A DNA stretch of 64,000 nt from Angustibacter luteus (GCF_039541115.1 NZ_BAABFP010000004.1:124001-188000), one strand, 5' to 3'; numbered from the stretch's first letter, positions 46,222 to 55,419 are shown. Numbers and translations are program-made. Notes: generated from the letters alone by a model not told the origin.

Positions 46222-48177
46222 GTGGGAGAGCACGAGCCACCGACGTCCTCGGTCGGCCGCGTCTTCGTGTCGTTCGCGGCGTTGATGCTGGTCGTCGTCG
46301 TCGCCATGGGCGTACTCCTGAGCACGTCCTTCCGGGCCGGCGCCGAGCAGCGGGCCCTGACCGCCGCCCGCAGCCAGGCGCAGATGATCGGCAGCAACCG
46401 GATCGAGCCCGCCCTGAAGGGCCAGCCGGCGACGCAGCACCTGGGCACGGACGTCATCGCCACCCTCGACCAACTCTCGGGCCGGCTGAAGGACGACGGC
46501 CGCATCCTGCGGCTGCGCCTGCGCTCACCCAACGGCCAGGTCGTCTTCTCGGACGACGGCACGGGCTTCGGGGATGCGGCCGACGGCGAGGCCCTCGAGG
46601 CCGCCGAGGGCCACGTCGAGGCCGAGCTCACCCGGCTCAACGCGGACGACGACCGCGGCGCCCTGGGCGTCCGGGCCGTCGAGGTCTACCAGCCGCTGGC
46701 CGACGGGGCGCTGGGCGTCCTGGAGATCTACCTGCCGTACGCGCCGATCGCCGCCGAGGTGCAGGCCGGTGTCGGCCGGCTCTACCGGGACCTGAGCATC
46801 GGGCTGGGCGTCCTCTACCTCGTGCTGGTCGGCCTGGCGCTGACCACAACCCGTCGGCTGCGGCAGTCGGCCACCCGCAACGCCTACCTCGCCGAGCACG
46901 ACCCGCTGACCGAGCTCGCGAACCGTCGCGGGTTCGCCCTGGCCATCGAGCGCGTCACCGCGGATCCCGCTCGCCCCGGTGGGGCCGTGGCGGTGATCGA
47001 CCTCGACCGGTTCAAGGAGGTCAACGACTCGCTCGGTCACCACAACGGCGACGCGCTGCTGCTCGCCCTCAGCGTCCGCCTGCAGGCCGCCGTCGGACCG
47101 CACGACCTGGTGGCCCGGCTCGGCGGGGACGAGTTCGGCATCGTGCTGCCGCGGATCACCGACGACGCGGCCGCCCATCGCGTGCTGCGCCAGGTGCTGC
47201 ACGAGCTGAGCGCACCGCTGACCCTGTCCGGCATCGCCCTCGAGCCCGAGGCGAGCGCCGGCTTCGTCCTGATCGGGGAGGACGGCGACGACGCGGCGAC
47301 CCTGCTGCGCCGGGCCGACATCGCGATGTACGCGGCCAAGGTCCGCAGCGCCGGGGTCATGCGGTTCGAGCGGGCCCAGGACCACTACGACCCCGAGCGG
47401 CTGGCCATGGTCGGCGAGCTCGGACGCGCGATGGCGCAGGACGAGCTCGTGCTGCACTTCCAGCCGAAGGTCGCGCTGGACTCCGGTGAGGTCACCGGCG
47501 TCGAGGCGCTGCTGCGCTGGCAGCACCCGCGGCACGGCCTGCTCTTCCCGGACCGGTTCCTGCCGCTCGCCGAGCAGACCGGGCTGATCGACCCGTTGAC
47601 CGACTGGGTGCTGGATCGCGCACTGCGTCAGCTGACTGCCCTCGGCCTGCCGCCGCAGGCGCGGGTGTCGGTGAACGTGTCCGCCCGCAACCTGGGTCAA
47701 CAGCCCTTCGCGGACCGAGTGCTCGACGCGTTGGGGCGCAACGGGATCGCCGCCGAGCGCCTGGTGCTGGAGATCACCGAGACCGCCGCGTTCGCCGACC
47801 TGGAGCGGGCCAGCGCCGTGCTGCGCTCACTGGACGAGGCCGGCATCGCGATCAGCCTCGACGACTTCGGGCAGGGTCACACCTCGATCGGCCACCTGTC
47901 GACGCTGCACCTGTCCGAGCTGAAGATCGACCGGGCGTTCGTCGGGGACATGCTGACCGACCTGGCGCACGGCGCGATCGTGCGCTCCCTCGTCGAGCTC
48001 GCCCACAACCTCGGCCTGACGGTCGTCGCCGAGGGCGTGGAGGACGACGACACCCGAGAGGCCTTGCGAGACCTGGGGTGCGACGAGGGCCAGGGCTACG
48101 GCATCGGCCGTCCCGTCCCCGCCGCCCAGCTGACCGAGTGGCTCAGTAGAAACCGACACGAGCCAGCGGCTCGATGA
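46222..48177 (+). CDS. Membrane-bound GGDEF-EAL diguanylate cyclase/phosphodiesterase
   Basis: Two TMs flanking a sensor loop; HDPLT.L.NR, DLDRFKEVND, RLGGDEF, EALLRW, DDFGQG, AEGVE. Confidence 0.92.
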   Translation: MGEHEPPTSSVGRVFVSFAALMLVVVVAMGVLLSTSFRAGAEQRALTAARSQAQMIGSNRIEPALKGQPATQHLGTDVIATLDQLSGRLKDDGRILRLRLRSPNGQVVFSDDGTGFGDAADGEALEAAEGHVEAELTRLNADDDRGALGVRAVEVYQPLADGALGVLEIYLPYAPIAAEVQAGVGRLYRDLSIGLGVLYLVLVGLALTTTRRLRQSATRNAYLAEHDPLTELANRRGFALAIERVTADPARPGGAVAVIDLDRFKEVNDSLGHHNGDALLLALSVRLQAAVGPHDLVARLGGDEFGIVLPRITDDAAAHRVLRQVLHELSAPLTLSGIALEPEASAGFVLIGEDGDDAATLLRRADIAMYAAKVRSAGVMRFERAQDHYDPERLAMVGELGRAMAQDELVLHFQPKVALDSGEVTGVEALLRWQHPRHGLLFPDRFLPLAEQTGLIDPLTDWVLDRALRQLTALGLPPQARVSVNVSARNLGQQPFADRVLDALGRNGIAAERLVLEITETAAFADLERASAVLRSLDEAGIAISLDDFGQGHTSIGHLSTLHLSELKIDRAFVGDMLTDLAHGAIVRSLVELAHNLGLTVVAEGVEDDDTREALRDLGCDEGQGYGIGRPVPAAQLTEWLSRNRHEPAAR

Positions 48178-49714
48178 GCTCCCGCTCCTCGTAGGACAGG
48201 TGCGAGAGCAGGGTGTCCGTCAGCAGGTCGAGCGCACCCCGCACTGCTGCGAGTCCGTCCGGTTCGCTCACCAGCGCGACCAGCGCGGCGTCTACCCGCT
48301 CCAGCACGTCGCTGATCACGTGGTGCTCCTCCTCGAGCCGGTCGATGACCGGCGCCAGGCGGGGGTCGCGGGCGCGCAGGTGCGGGAAGACACTGGCGTC
48401 CTCCAGGCTGTGGTGACCGGTGACCACCCGGCAGTACTGCGCGCAGTAGACACCGAGCGTCCAGTCGTTCTGCCGCAACGTCATCGCCGCGATGTGCGAA
48501 CGGGCGGCTCCGACGTCCCCGCGCCCCGTCGCGACCTGGTCGACGAGGTCGCGCAGCTGGGTCAGCTCGCTGCGCAGGTGGTCGTGCACGTCGACGAGGT
48601 GCCGGCCGGCGGCCTGCTCGTGCGCGGTGTACTCGCGGCCCGGATCCGGGCCGGGTCCGGTGGGTCGGGTCGACTCGTCCCACAGCCGGACGTCGCTGAG
48701 CCGGGTGCCGTCGTCCGGGGTGGGGACGACGTCCAGGCCGCTGACCGGCAGGACGACGTCCACCTGGCCGGGGTGGTTCTCGCGCAACGGAACCGGCGCA
48801 TCGGTGTGCTCGGCGCCGGCCGCCGGCCGGGAGCGCTCGGCCTCGACCAGCTCGCGGACGGCGGGGGCGACCTCCGCGGCGAACCGGCGGATCGTCTCGG
48901 GGTCGTCCGAGCCCAGGATGTAGGTGCTCATCCCCTCGGCGAGGGTGAGGTCGGCCAGCTGCTCGACCCAGACGGCCGGCGGGCCCTGCAGGAACTCGCT
49001 GCCGTCACCGGTGAAGCTGCCGCTGATGTTGTAGAGCCGCCGGACGTAGGCCGGCTGGCGACCCGCTGCGATCGCCGCTTCGTCGATGGCGGCGTTCATG
49101 TCGTGCAGGGTCTCGGGCGCTGCGTAGCCCGCACTGGGCAGCCAGCCGTCGGCCAGCCCGCCGGTGATCGCCAGCATCCGCGGCTTGTAGGCGCCGAGCC
49201 AGATCTCGATGTCGTGCGCCGGCGCGGGGCCGGGGTGCGCGCCGGCGATGGCGTGGTGCTCACCGGCCAGGCGCACGGACCTGTCCTCCGGGCGCCAGGC
49301 GGCCCGGATCACCGCGATCGCCTCGACCAGCGCGTCGACCCCTTGGGCGGCGGTCAGGGTGGGGCCGCCGACCGCGGCGATCGCCTCCCGGAAGCCACCG
49401 GAGCCGAGGCCGAGCTCGACCCGTCCACCGCTGAGCAGGTCGAGCGTCGCCGCGCTCTTGGCGAGCACCCAGGGCGGGCGCAGCGGCACGTTCGCGACGT
49501 TGGGTGACAGGCGCACCCGGCTGGTCCGCGCGGCCATCCAGGACAGCAGCGTCCAGGTGTCGGCGAACGATGCCTGGTACGGGTGGTCCTGCACGGTGAC
49601 GAGGTCCAGGCCGACCTGCTCGGTGAGGACGGCGAGGTCCACGACGTGCTGCGCGCTGGCGGCGACCGGGGTGAGAAAGGTGCCGAAGACCAGGTCCTGC
49701 CCGTAGTCGCTCAT
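48143..49714 (-). CDS. LLM-class flavin-dependent oxidoreductase fused to a C-terminal hemerythrin domain
   Basis: QDHPYQ, PNVAN.PLR, LDLLSGGRVELGLG, ADGWLPS; C-terminal H..LR.E, HHSLED..FP, EEEH, HLSYEE. Confidence 0.85.
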   Translation of the reverse strand: MSDYGQDLVFGTFLTPVAASAQHVVDLAVLTEQVGLDLVTVQDHPYQASFADTWTLLSWMAARTSRVRLSPNVANVPLRPPWVLAKSAATLDLLSGGRVELGLGSGGFREAIAAVGGPTLTAAQGVDALVEAIAVIRAAWRPEDRSVRLAGEHHAIAGAHPGPAPAHDIEIWLGAYKPRMLAITGGLADGWLPSAGYAAPETLHDMNAAIDEAAIAAGRQPAYVRRLYNISGSFTGDGSEFLQGPPAVWVEQLADLTLAEGMSTYILGSDDPETIRRFAAEVAPAVRELVEAERSRPAAGAEHTDAPVPLRENHPGQVDVVLPVSGLDVVPTPDDGTRLSDVRLWDESTRPTGPGPDPGREYTAHEQAAGRHLVDVHDHLRSELTQLRDLVDQVATGRGDVGAARSHIAAMTLRQNDWTLGVYCAQYCRVVTGHHSLEDASVFPHLRARDPRLAPVIDRLEEEHHVISDVLERVDAALVALVSEPDGLAAVRGALDLLTDTLLSHLSYEERELIEPLARVGFY

Positions 49715-49823
49715 CTGCCCATCATCCACGCCGGCGAGGTCGTCGTGGCAACGGCGTCCGCTCTGGCGCACGCGGTTGCCACGATCCCGTGACGGCGCGA
49801 CCGGGGTGGGCCAAACTGGCGGG

Positions 49824-50186
49824 ATGGCCGTTCAGGGAGTCCACCGGATCACCGTGTCCGTCGCCGACCTCGACGTCTCGCTCGCCCTGTACCGCGACGC
49901 CCTCGGCCTGGCCGAGCTATGGCGCGAGGGCGAGCTCGCGACGCTCGAAGCACCGGACGGCACCCAGGTGCTGCTGCACGAGCGCGAACCCGCCCCCAGC
50001 CTCGCCGGGGTGGCCGCGAGCCTCGCGGTGGACGACGTGGACGAGATGACGCAGGCCGCCGTCGCAGCCGGGGCGACGATGCTGGACGCGCCCGCCGACC
50101 AGCCCTGGGGCGAGCGGCAGTCGGTGCTGCTCGACCCGGACGGCCACGTGCTCTGCCTCGTCTCGCCGCTGCCGCCCGCGGCCTGA
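49824..50186 (+). CDS. VOC-family glyoxalase-like protein
   Basis: V.DLD....YRD.LG, VDDVD, QPWGER...DPDGH; CAAACT-N6-ATG. Confidence 0.85.
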   Translation: MAVQGVHRITVSVADLDVSLALYRDALGLAELWREGELATLEAPDGTQVLLHEREPAPSLAGVAASLAVDDVDEMTQAAVAAGATMLDAPADQPWGERQSVLLDPDGHVLCLVSPLPPAA

Positions 50187-50189
50187 CTC

Positions 50190-50795
50190 CTACCCGGCCT
50201 CCAGCGCGATCAGCAGCAGCTTGGCCGCCTCGCCGCCGCCGTACTGCCCGGGCGAGCCGTCGCTGCGCACCACCCGGTGGCAGGGCAGCACCAGCGGGAG
50301 CGGGTTCTTGGCGCAGGCACTGCCCACCGCCCGTACCGCGCGCGGGTTGCCGACCGCCGCGGCCACGGTCGCGTAGCTGGCCGTGTGGCCGTAGCCGATA
50401 TCGGTCAGGTGCTCGATGACGGCCCGCCGGAACCCGTGCGCCAGCTGCAGGTCCAGCGGCAGGTCGAAGCGGGTCCGGCGTCCAGCGAAGTACTCGTCGA
50501 GCTCGCGCGCCACGGGGTCGAGCCGGCTGGGGGCGTTGAGCACCCGCGGGCTGACGTCGTCCGCGAGCTGCTCGAGGACGTGCGCGTGCCCCTCGCGCTC
50601 GAAGGACACCTTGACCAGTCCGCGCTCGGTCGCCGCGAGCAGCAGCGGCCCGACCGGGGAGTCGACCGTCCGGTAGGCGACGTCCAGCACGCCGTCGGCG
50701 GCGGCGCGGGCGGCGAGCCGCTGGTGCAGCCGGGCGAGGACCGCGTCGTCCCGCTCGGGCAGTGACGCGAACAGGTCGCTGGTGCGCGTGCTCAT
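50190..50795 (-). CDS. ogt: Methylated-DNA-[protein]-cysteine S-methyltransferase with N-terminal extension (Ogt copy 2)
   Basis: DSPVG.LLLA, EYFAG.R..FDLPLD, RAVGSACA.NP...LPCHRVV; about 35 extra N-terminal residues; ATGA-coupled to the ECF sigma gene. Confidence 0.9.
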   Translation of the reverse strand: MSTRTSDLFASLPERDDAVLARLHQRLAARAAADGVLDVAYRTVDSPVGPLLLAATERGLVKVSFEREGHAHVLEQLADDVSPRVLNAPSRLDPVARELDEYFAGRRTRFDLPLDLQLAHGFRRAVIEHLTDIGYGHTASYATVAAAVGNPRAVRAVGSACAKNPLPLVLPCHRVVRSDGSPGQYGGGEAAKLLLIALEAG

Positions 50796-51274
50796 GCTCG
50801 AACCTCCTGTGCGGCAACGGCGGTGCGCATCGCCTTGATGCCGTCCGCGGCCGCGCGACGGGCCGCGTCGGCCGTCCCGCCGACGATGGCGGCGACCTCG
50901 GCGTACGGCAGCCCGACGAGGTGGTGGTAGGCGACGCAGGCGCGCTGCTTGGGCGGCAGGTGCTGCAGGACCGGCCACACGTCCGACTCCCAGAGCGCAG
51001 CCGGGGCCTCGGTGACGCGCTCGGGCAGCGTGTCGGTCGGGCGCGGACGCCGGGCCGCCGCCCGGATCTGGTCGATCGCCTTGCGGTGCGCGATGGTGAC
51101 CAGCCAGCCCTGGACGTCGCTGTCCGGACGCAGCCGGGGGTAGGCCTGCAGCGCGGACAGGAAGGTCTCGGACCAGGCGTCGTCCGCGGCGTCCGGGCCG
51201 ACGACGGCGCGGCACACCCGCAGCACCATCGGTCCGTACCGGGTGACCACCGTCTCGAAGGGTTCGAGGCTCAC
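50792..51274 (-). CDS. ECF RNA polymerase sigma factor
   Basis: Region 2 (ADDAWSETF, WLVTIAHRKAID..R) and region 4 (LPPKQR, GLPYAEVA..VG). Confidence 0.9.
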   Translation of the reverse strand: MSLEPFETVVTRYGPMVLRVCRAVVGPDAADDAWSETFLSALQAYPRLRPDSDVQGWLVTIAHRKAIDQIRAAARRPRPTDTLPERVTEAPAALWESDVWPVLQHLPPKQRACVAYHHLVGLPYAEVAAIVGGTADAARRAAADGIKAMRTAVAAQEVRA

Positions 51275-51278
51275 ACCA

Positions 51279-51311
51279 GGTAAACGTGCCACACCCGCCG
51301 AACGTGAGGTG
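51279..51311 (-). promoter_or_regulatory. ECF-type promoter, copy B: CACCTCACG-N15-ACGTTTACC (putative autoregulation)
   Basis: Directly upstream of the ECF sigma GTG, 4 nt after the motif. Confidence 0.75.
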
Positions 51312-51322
51312 GCCCGACCCGA

Positions 51323-51835
51323 TCAGCTGTTGCGCTCGACGTACCCCTCGGGGTCCTTGTCCCGTGGGGTGATGCCCTCGGCCGCCTTCTGCGACTCGTA
51401 GCGCAGGAACTGCACCGCGATGTCGTGCCGCAGCTGCAGCGAGGCGTGCAACCGGAAGTCCGCGAGGTCCTGGCGCTCCTCCTCGCCCATGTGGTCGTCG
51501 TTCTCCAGGCGAGCCTTGGCGATCGCCTCCCACCAGGGGGCGCTGCCGGCCCGGTGCTCGGCCGCGTCGCGGACGCCGTCGCGGATCTTGTTGTGGTCCT
51601 TGACCGCGTCCTCGACCTCCTCCTCGACGGAGTCCGCGTCCGCCTCGCCCGTCCCGAGCTTCAGCAGGTGCGGGTAGAAGTAGAGCTCCTCGGCCTCCGC
51701 GTGGACCTCCAGCAAGATCGCGAGCCGCTGCCAGATCGCGGACGCCGTCTCGGTGTCGTCGCGCACCTCGTCGAGCATCGCGAACATCCGCCGCTGCTCC
51801 ATGTGCTGGTGCAGGATCACCTCAGTGATGTCCAC
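51323..51835 (-). CDS. Hemerythrin (HHE) domain protein
   Basis: H..QR, VHAEAEE..FYP, DHNKIRD, DHMGEEE; GGAGGAG RBS. Confidence 0.88.
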   Translation of the reverse strand: MDITEVILHQHMEQRRMFAMLDEVRDDTETASAIWQRLAILLEVHAEAEELYFYPHLLKLGTGEADADSVEEEVEDAVKDHNKIRDGVRDAAEHRAGSAPWWEAIAKARLENDDHMGEEERQDLADFRLHASLQLRHDIAVQFLRYESQKAAEGITPRDKDPEGYVERNS

Positions 51836-51872
51836 GTCTCACTCCTCCGGTCGGCCACGGGGCCGCCCGGGG

Positions 51873-52646
51873 TCAGAGTCGGCGGCCGCTCAGCAGTCTG
51901 GTGGCCGCCGCGCGCCAGTGCGAGTTGGAGCACGACGTGTAGTGCGTCCAGGACGCGCCGAGCTGGATCGCCATGCAGTCGGCGGCCCGCTCGGCACCGG
52001 TCATGCCCGACCCGCCGAAGACCCGGTTGGTCGCCGACATCATCGCGGGGTAGCTGCCGCCGTAGGCGCGGACCGACAGGATGTGCGACCACTCGTGGCG
52101 AACCACGGCATCGAGCACGGACGACGGGACGCCGGGGTTGATGTAGACGTTGTTGCTCGCCAGATCCGTTGCGCCGTAGTGCCCGTAGCGCCCGGTCGAG
52201 ATCCAGTTGGCCGGCCGGTGGGCGGCGTAGCCCGGGATGCGCGAGATCGCCTGCTGCAGGGACGAGCTGCCGCCGCCACCCGAGGGACGGGCCGCCGACG
52301 CCTTCGCCCGAGCGGCCTTCGCCTTCGCCTTCGCCTTCACCGCTGCCTCGTGCGTCGCCTTCGCCTTGGCCGCCTCGACCCGCGCCGACCGGCGCGCCGC
52401 AACGACAGCGGCGTACAGCGGCACCGCCCGCCGGACGTGCGTGGGTGGCGCCGCTGCGTCGTCGACGGTCAGCACCAGCCTCGTCGTGAAGGCGTGCGGG
52501 GACAGCGAGAAGTCAGCCAGGCGGATGGTCGTGCCGGCCGCGCGCTCGTGTGTCGGCGCGGCCGCGGCGGTGGTCGTGGCACCGACGGGGAGGAGCACCA
52601 GCGCGGCGAGGACCGCCACCCGTCTCACTCCGCGCGATGCTGCCAT
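51873..52646 (-). CDS. Secreted protein with Ala/Lys-rich linker and C-terminal HExxH zincin-like domain
   Basis: Signal peptide, KAKAKAKA, VRHEWSH, downstream E..ADC. Confidence 0.7.
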   Translation of the reverse strand: MAASRGVRRVAVLAALVLLPVGATTTAAAAPTHERAAGTTIRLADFSLSPHAFTTRLVLTVDDAAAPPTHVRRAVPLYAAVVAARRSARVEAAKAKATHEAAVKAKAKAKAARAKASAARPSGGGGSSSLQQAISRIPGYAAHRPANWISTGRYGHYGATDLASNNVYINPGVPSSVLDAVVRHEWSHILSVRAYGGSYPAMMSATNRVFGGSGMTGAERAADCMAIQLGASWTHYTSCSNSHWRAAATRLLSGRRL

Positions 52647-52701
52647 GCCAGACCACCCCTAGTCCCGTGGGCGCCACTCGATCGGTGGCACTACATCGGG
52701 C

Positions 52702-52728
52702 CTCGGCAGGTTCCGTCAGCATCTTGAA
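52702..52728 (-). promoter_or_regulatory. Sigma28-type promoter variant TTCA-N17-GCCGAG
   Basis: Minus strand TTCAAGatgctgacggaacctGCCGAG upstream of 51873-52646. Confidence 0.4.
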
Positions 52729-52868
52729 CCATGACGGTCCACGCCGTGGATGGCGTCCGCGACCGATTCTGCACGGTTTGCCGAGCCAGGACCAGAGTCG
52801 ATCTCAGAAAGTGAGAGACGCAAGTCCCTGTCATGTGCTATTGGCGCGTGCAGGACAGGGCGTGGGTC

Positions 52869-53912
52869 CTAGTCGTCGACGGCGCGGGTGGACTGCCGGA
52901 CCACCAGACGGGTCGGCAGCGGGATGTCCTCGGTGAGGGTGTCGGGTTCCTCGACCGCGATCAGCACCTTCTGCATGATGATCTCGCCGAGCGTCGCGAA
53001 GTCCTGCCGGATCGTCGTCAGCGGCGGGAAGAGGTACCCCGCCTCGGGCACGTCGTCGAAACCGACCACGCTGACGTCGCGCGGGACCTGCAGCCCCCGC
53101 TCGCGCAGCGCCGACAGCAGTCCGATGGTCATGTGGTCGTTGCCCACGAAGACCGCGACACCGGGCTCGATGTCCAGACCAGAGCCGAGGCGGTGCCCGC
53201 TCGCCGCCGACCAGTCGCCGAAGAGCGGCTCGGGGATCTCCAGGCGGTGCCCGGCCAGCTCGTCCCGCCAGCCCCGCACCCGCTCGACGGCGTCGAGCGC
53301 GGTCCTCGGGCCCGCGACGTGCAGGATCCGGGTGTGCCCCAGCTCGACGAGGTGCCGGACGGCGGTGCGCGCCCCGCGGTACTGGTCGATGGACACGATC
53401 ATCGGGCTGCGGCGCGGCGCCGAGGCCGCTGCCACGACAGGGATCCGCAGGTCCAGGCTGCGCACCAGCTCGAGCACGGCGATGTCGACGACGACCAGGA
53501 CGATCGCGTCCACCCGCTGGCGCAGCAGCCCGTCCACGACGGCCCGGATCGCCTTGGGGTCCTCCGACGGTGCGCTCACCGTCTCCACGTTGTAGCGGGC
53601 CGCCCGCGCGGCGAAGTTGAAGTGCATCGCGATCGAGGTCGGCCCGTAGTCCGAGATGCCCGGCGTCACCAGGCCGATCGACCGAGTGCGCCGGGTCACC
53701 AGGGCGCGGGCGGCCGGAGAGGGGCTGTACTGCAGCTGCGCGATGGCCTGCTCGACCCTCGCCCGCGTCGACGGCCGCACGTTGGGCAGGTCGTTGATGA
53801 CGCGCGAGACGGTCTGGTGGGACACCCCGGCCAGGCGAGCCACGTCGAAGATGTTGGCGGTGCGTCCCGGGCCGGGCTTGCCGTCGCCGCCCGCCCGCCG
53901 CGGCTCACTCAT
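52869..53912 (-). CDS. LacI-family transcriptional regulator
   Basis: IFDVARLAGVSHQTVSRVIN, VSVVGFDD, PPLTTIRQD. Confidence 0.93.
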   Translation of the reverse strand: MSEPRRAGGDGKPGPGRTANIFDVARLAGVSHQTVSRVINDLPNVRPSTRARVEQAIAQLQYSPSPAARALVTRRTRSIGLVTPGISDYGPTSIAMHFNFAARAARYNVETVSAPSEDPKAIRAVVDGLLRQRVDAIVLVVVDIAVLELVRSLDLRIPVVAAASAPRRSPMIVSIDQYRGARTAVRHLVELGHTRILHVAGPRTALDAVERVRGWRDELAGHRLEIPEPLFGDWSAASGHRLGSGLDIEPGVAVFVGNDHMTIGLLSALRERGLQVPRDVSVVGFDDVPEAGYLFPPLTTIRQDFATLGEIIMQKVLIAVEEPDTLTEDIPLPTRLVVRQSTRAVDD

Positions 53913-55419
53913 CGAACTCGTCCGGTCGTGCCACCAGCGCGGTCAGGGTGTCGGCGTTCAGCGAGTCGGACGGCACGACGTCCACGACGCGTCCGTCCAT
54001 CAGGATCGCGACGCGGTGCCCGACGCGCAGCACCTCCTCCAGCTCGGCGGAGATGAACATGACGGAGAGCCCGTTGCCCGCGAGCTCGCCCACCAGGTTC
54101 TGCACCTCGACCTTGGCGCCGATGTCGATCCCGCGGGTCGGCTCGTCCAGCACCAGGACGCGCGGCGACAGCGCCAGCAGCCGGGCGAGGAGGACCTTCT
54201 GCTGGTTGCCGCCGGACAACGTGCCGGCGGGGCGGTCCGGGTCCGCGGGACGGATGTCCAGCGCGTCGATCCAGCTGAGCGCGAGCTCGCGCTGCCGGGA
54301 CGACCGGATCCGGCGCAGCATCCCGCGCTCGGCCTGCAGCGCGAGCGTGATGTTCTCCATGACGCTCAGCTCGCTGATGATGCCCTCGGCCCGCCGGTTC
54401 TCCGAGGAGTACACGACGCCGAGGGACATCGCCGACCGTGGTCCACCGAAGCTCTCCGCCTGACCCTGGATGTGGATGATCCCCCCATCCAGCTTGTCGA
54501 TCCCCGTGATCGCGCGGGCGAGCTCGGTGCGACCGGAGCCGAGGAGCCCGGCCACCCCGAGCACCTCGCCCTCCATGAGGTCGACGTCCGCGCCGCTGAT
54601 GCCGGCGCCGACGCTCACCCCGCGGGCGCTCAGGAACGGACGCCGGTCGTCCTCGACCACGTGCAGCCGCGGTTTGGCCCGCAGCGACTCCGCGCTGCGG
54701 CCGAGCATCGCCTGCACCAGGTCGATGCGCAGCAGCTCCTTGGTCAGGAACTCGCCCACCAGCTTGCCGTCGCGCAGGACGGTCACCCGGTCGCTGATCT
54801 CGTAGACCTGGTCGAGGAAGTGCGAGACGAACAGGATCGCCACGCCGCGCTGCTTGAGGTCACGGATCACCCGGAAGAGCTCCGCGCACTCGTCCAGGTC
54901 CAGGCTCGACGTCGGCTCGTCGAGCACCAGTACCCGGACGTCGGTCGAGATGGCGCGGGCGATGGCGACCAGCTGCTGCACCGCCAACGAGTGCCGGCCC
55001 AGCAGCGAGGCGGGATCGATGTCCAGGCCGAGGTCGCTCAGCACCTCCTGCGCCCGCCGCCGCATCTGCGCCCAGTCGATCATGGCGAACCGCCGCGGCT
55101 CGCGGCCGAGCGCGATGTTCTCCGCCACCGAGACGTTGGGCAGCAGGTCGATCTCCTGGTAGACCGAGCTGACCCCGGCCCGCTGCGCGTCGTGCGGCGT
55201 CCCGAAGGTCACGACCCCGTCACCGAGCCGCAGGACCCCGGCGGACAGCGGGAGCGCACCGGTGATCGCCTTGATCAGCGTCGACTTGCCGGCACCGTTC
55301 TCGCCCATGAGCGAGTGCACCTCACCGGGGAACATCCGGAAGTCGACCCCGTCGAGCGCCGCATCCACCCCGAAGTAGACGGTGGCTCCGGTGAGCTCCA
55401 GGAGGGGCCGCGCGTCCAT
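53905..55419 (-). CDS. Sugar ABC transporter ATP-binding protein (second YtfR-like copy)
   Basis: GENGAGKST, LDEPTSSL, LSGGNQQK, DEPTRGID; own CATAAT-N6-ATG. Confidence 0.92.
   Translation of the reverse strand: MDARPLLELTGATVYFGVDAALDGVDFRMFPGEVHSLMGENGAGKSTLIKAITGALPLSAGVLRLGDGVVTFGTPHDAQRAGVSSVYQEIDLLPNVSVAENIALGREPRRFAMIDWAQMRRRAQEVLSDLGLDIDPASLLGRHSLAVQQLVAIARAISTDVRVLVLDEPTSSLDLDECAELFRVIRDLKQRGVAILFVSHFLDQVYEISDRVTVLRDGKLVGEFLTKELLRIDLVQAMLGRSAESLRAKPRLHVVEDDRRPFLSARGVSVGAGISGADVDLMEGEVLGVAGLLGSGRTELARAITGIDKLDGGIIHIQGQAESFGGPRSAMSLGVVYSSENRRAEGIISELSVMENITLALQAERGMLRRIRSSRQRELALSWIDALDIRPADPDRPAGTLSGGNQQKVLLARLLALSPRVLVLDEPTRGIDIGAKVEVQNLVGELAGNGLSVMFISAELEEVLRVGHRVAILMDGRVVDVVPSDSLNADTLTALVARPDEFDE

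Noticed and set aside
52315..52338. (GCCTTC)n short tandem repeat as a phase-variation tract
   Set aside because: It is an in-frame hexamer encoding KAKAKA, so length change would not shift the frame.
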